Source: a virus (lineage: Duplodnaviria; Heunggongvirae; Uroviricota; Caudoviricetes). From it: a DNA stretch of 37,740 nt. The notes below the pieces were generated by a model. It had not been told where the DNA came from and ran no database searches. It was given only the letters and a program-made list of their open reading frames with translations. The position numbers and the translations under genes are program-made. Each line of letters starts with the position of its first letter. Positions within the stretch are counted from its first letter, which is position 1. Below, piece after piece: positions 37,472 through 37,740 of the stretch. The DNA lies in the IMG/VR virus record IMGVR_UViG_2603880148_000004; one strand, given 5' to 3'.

Positions 37472-37740
37472 GGTAGTGACTCCAACTTACTGATAGTGTT
37501 TTATGTTCAGATAATGCCCGATGACCTTGTCATGCAGCTCCACCGATTTTGAGAACGACAGCGACTTCCGTCCCAGCCTTGCCAGATGTTGTCTCAGATT
37601 CAGATTATGTCGCTCAATGCGCTGAGTGTAACGCTTGCTGATAACGTGCAGCTTTCCCTTCAGGCGTGATTCATACAGCGGCCAGCCATCCGTCATCCAT
37701 ACCACGACCTCAAAGGCCGACAGCAGGCTCAGAAGACGCT
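37472..37740 (-). mobile_element. Partial IS1, inverted relative to the copy at 1-267, cut by the window edge
   Basis: ggtagtgactccaacttactgatagtgttttatgttcag... is the reverse complement of the IS1 end at 240-267; encodes an identical InsB C-terminus on the minus strand. Confidence 0.85.
37487..37740 (-). CDS. insB: IS1 transposase InsB, C-terminal fragment (N-terminus outside the window)
   Basis: Minus-strand translation identical to the InsB fragment at 1-252. Confidence 0.85.
   Translation of the reverse strand, partial: RLLSLLSAFEVVVWMTDGWPLYESRLKGKLHVISKRYTQRIERHNLNLRQHLARLGRKSLSFSKSVELHDKVIGHYLNIKHYQ

Noticed and set aside
1-37740. CRISPR array or other short tandem-repeat arrays
   Set aside because: No regularly spaced direct repeats of 25-40 bp seen; the only short repeats are the three ATTTGATAC(C/T)G copies at the Mu-like end
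1-37740. The two IS1 ends being one IS1 copy split across a circular molecule
   Set aside because: The two fragments are in inverted orientation, so they cannot be two halves of a single element in a circular permutation; they are two copies

Overview
This window is a mosaic, defective lambdoid prophage carrying a nested Mu-like transposable prophage, bounded at both window edges by inverted partial IS1 copies. From left to right: IS1 fragment (1-267); a poorly explained segment with a 430-bp ORF-free stretch and two orphan ORFs (268-1675); a DLP12-type nin/Q module (ybcN, ninE, ybcO, rusA, ylcG, Q antiterminator); a Q-downstream cargo block (NmpC-like porin on the minus strand, small ORF, orphan beta-class DNA methyltransferase); a lambda-type lysis cassette (holin, R endolysin, Rz with embedded Rz1); the AT-rich K+ transporter trkG; a translationally coupled ParB-like / GT-A-like gene pair; a non-lambda head module (TerS, TerL, portal, head morphogenesis, scaffold, capsid); and a lambda-type tail module (chaperone G/GT with -1 frameshift, tape measure, M, L, K, I, J). 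The prophage looks non-functional: the tape-measure gene has an in-frame amber stop, J is cut after codon 579, and no integrase or immunity region is present. J is interrupted by the left end of a Mu-like element (HTH repressor, Ner, MuA-like transposase, MuB-like ATPase, Gam, small accessory genes), itself truncated by the right-hand IS1. All identifications rest on reading the translated ORFs and remembered similarity to E. coli K-12 DLP12/Rac, lambda and Mu proteins; no database search was run. The least understood parts, and the best candidates for something undescribed, are the ParB-like/GT-A-like pair, the 268-1675 segment and the Mu-like accessory genes.
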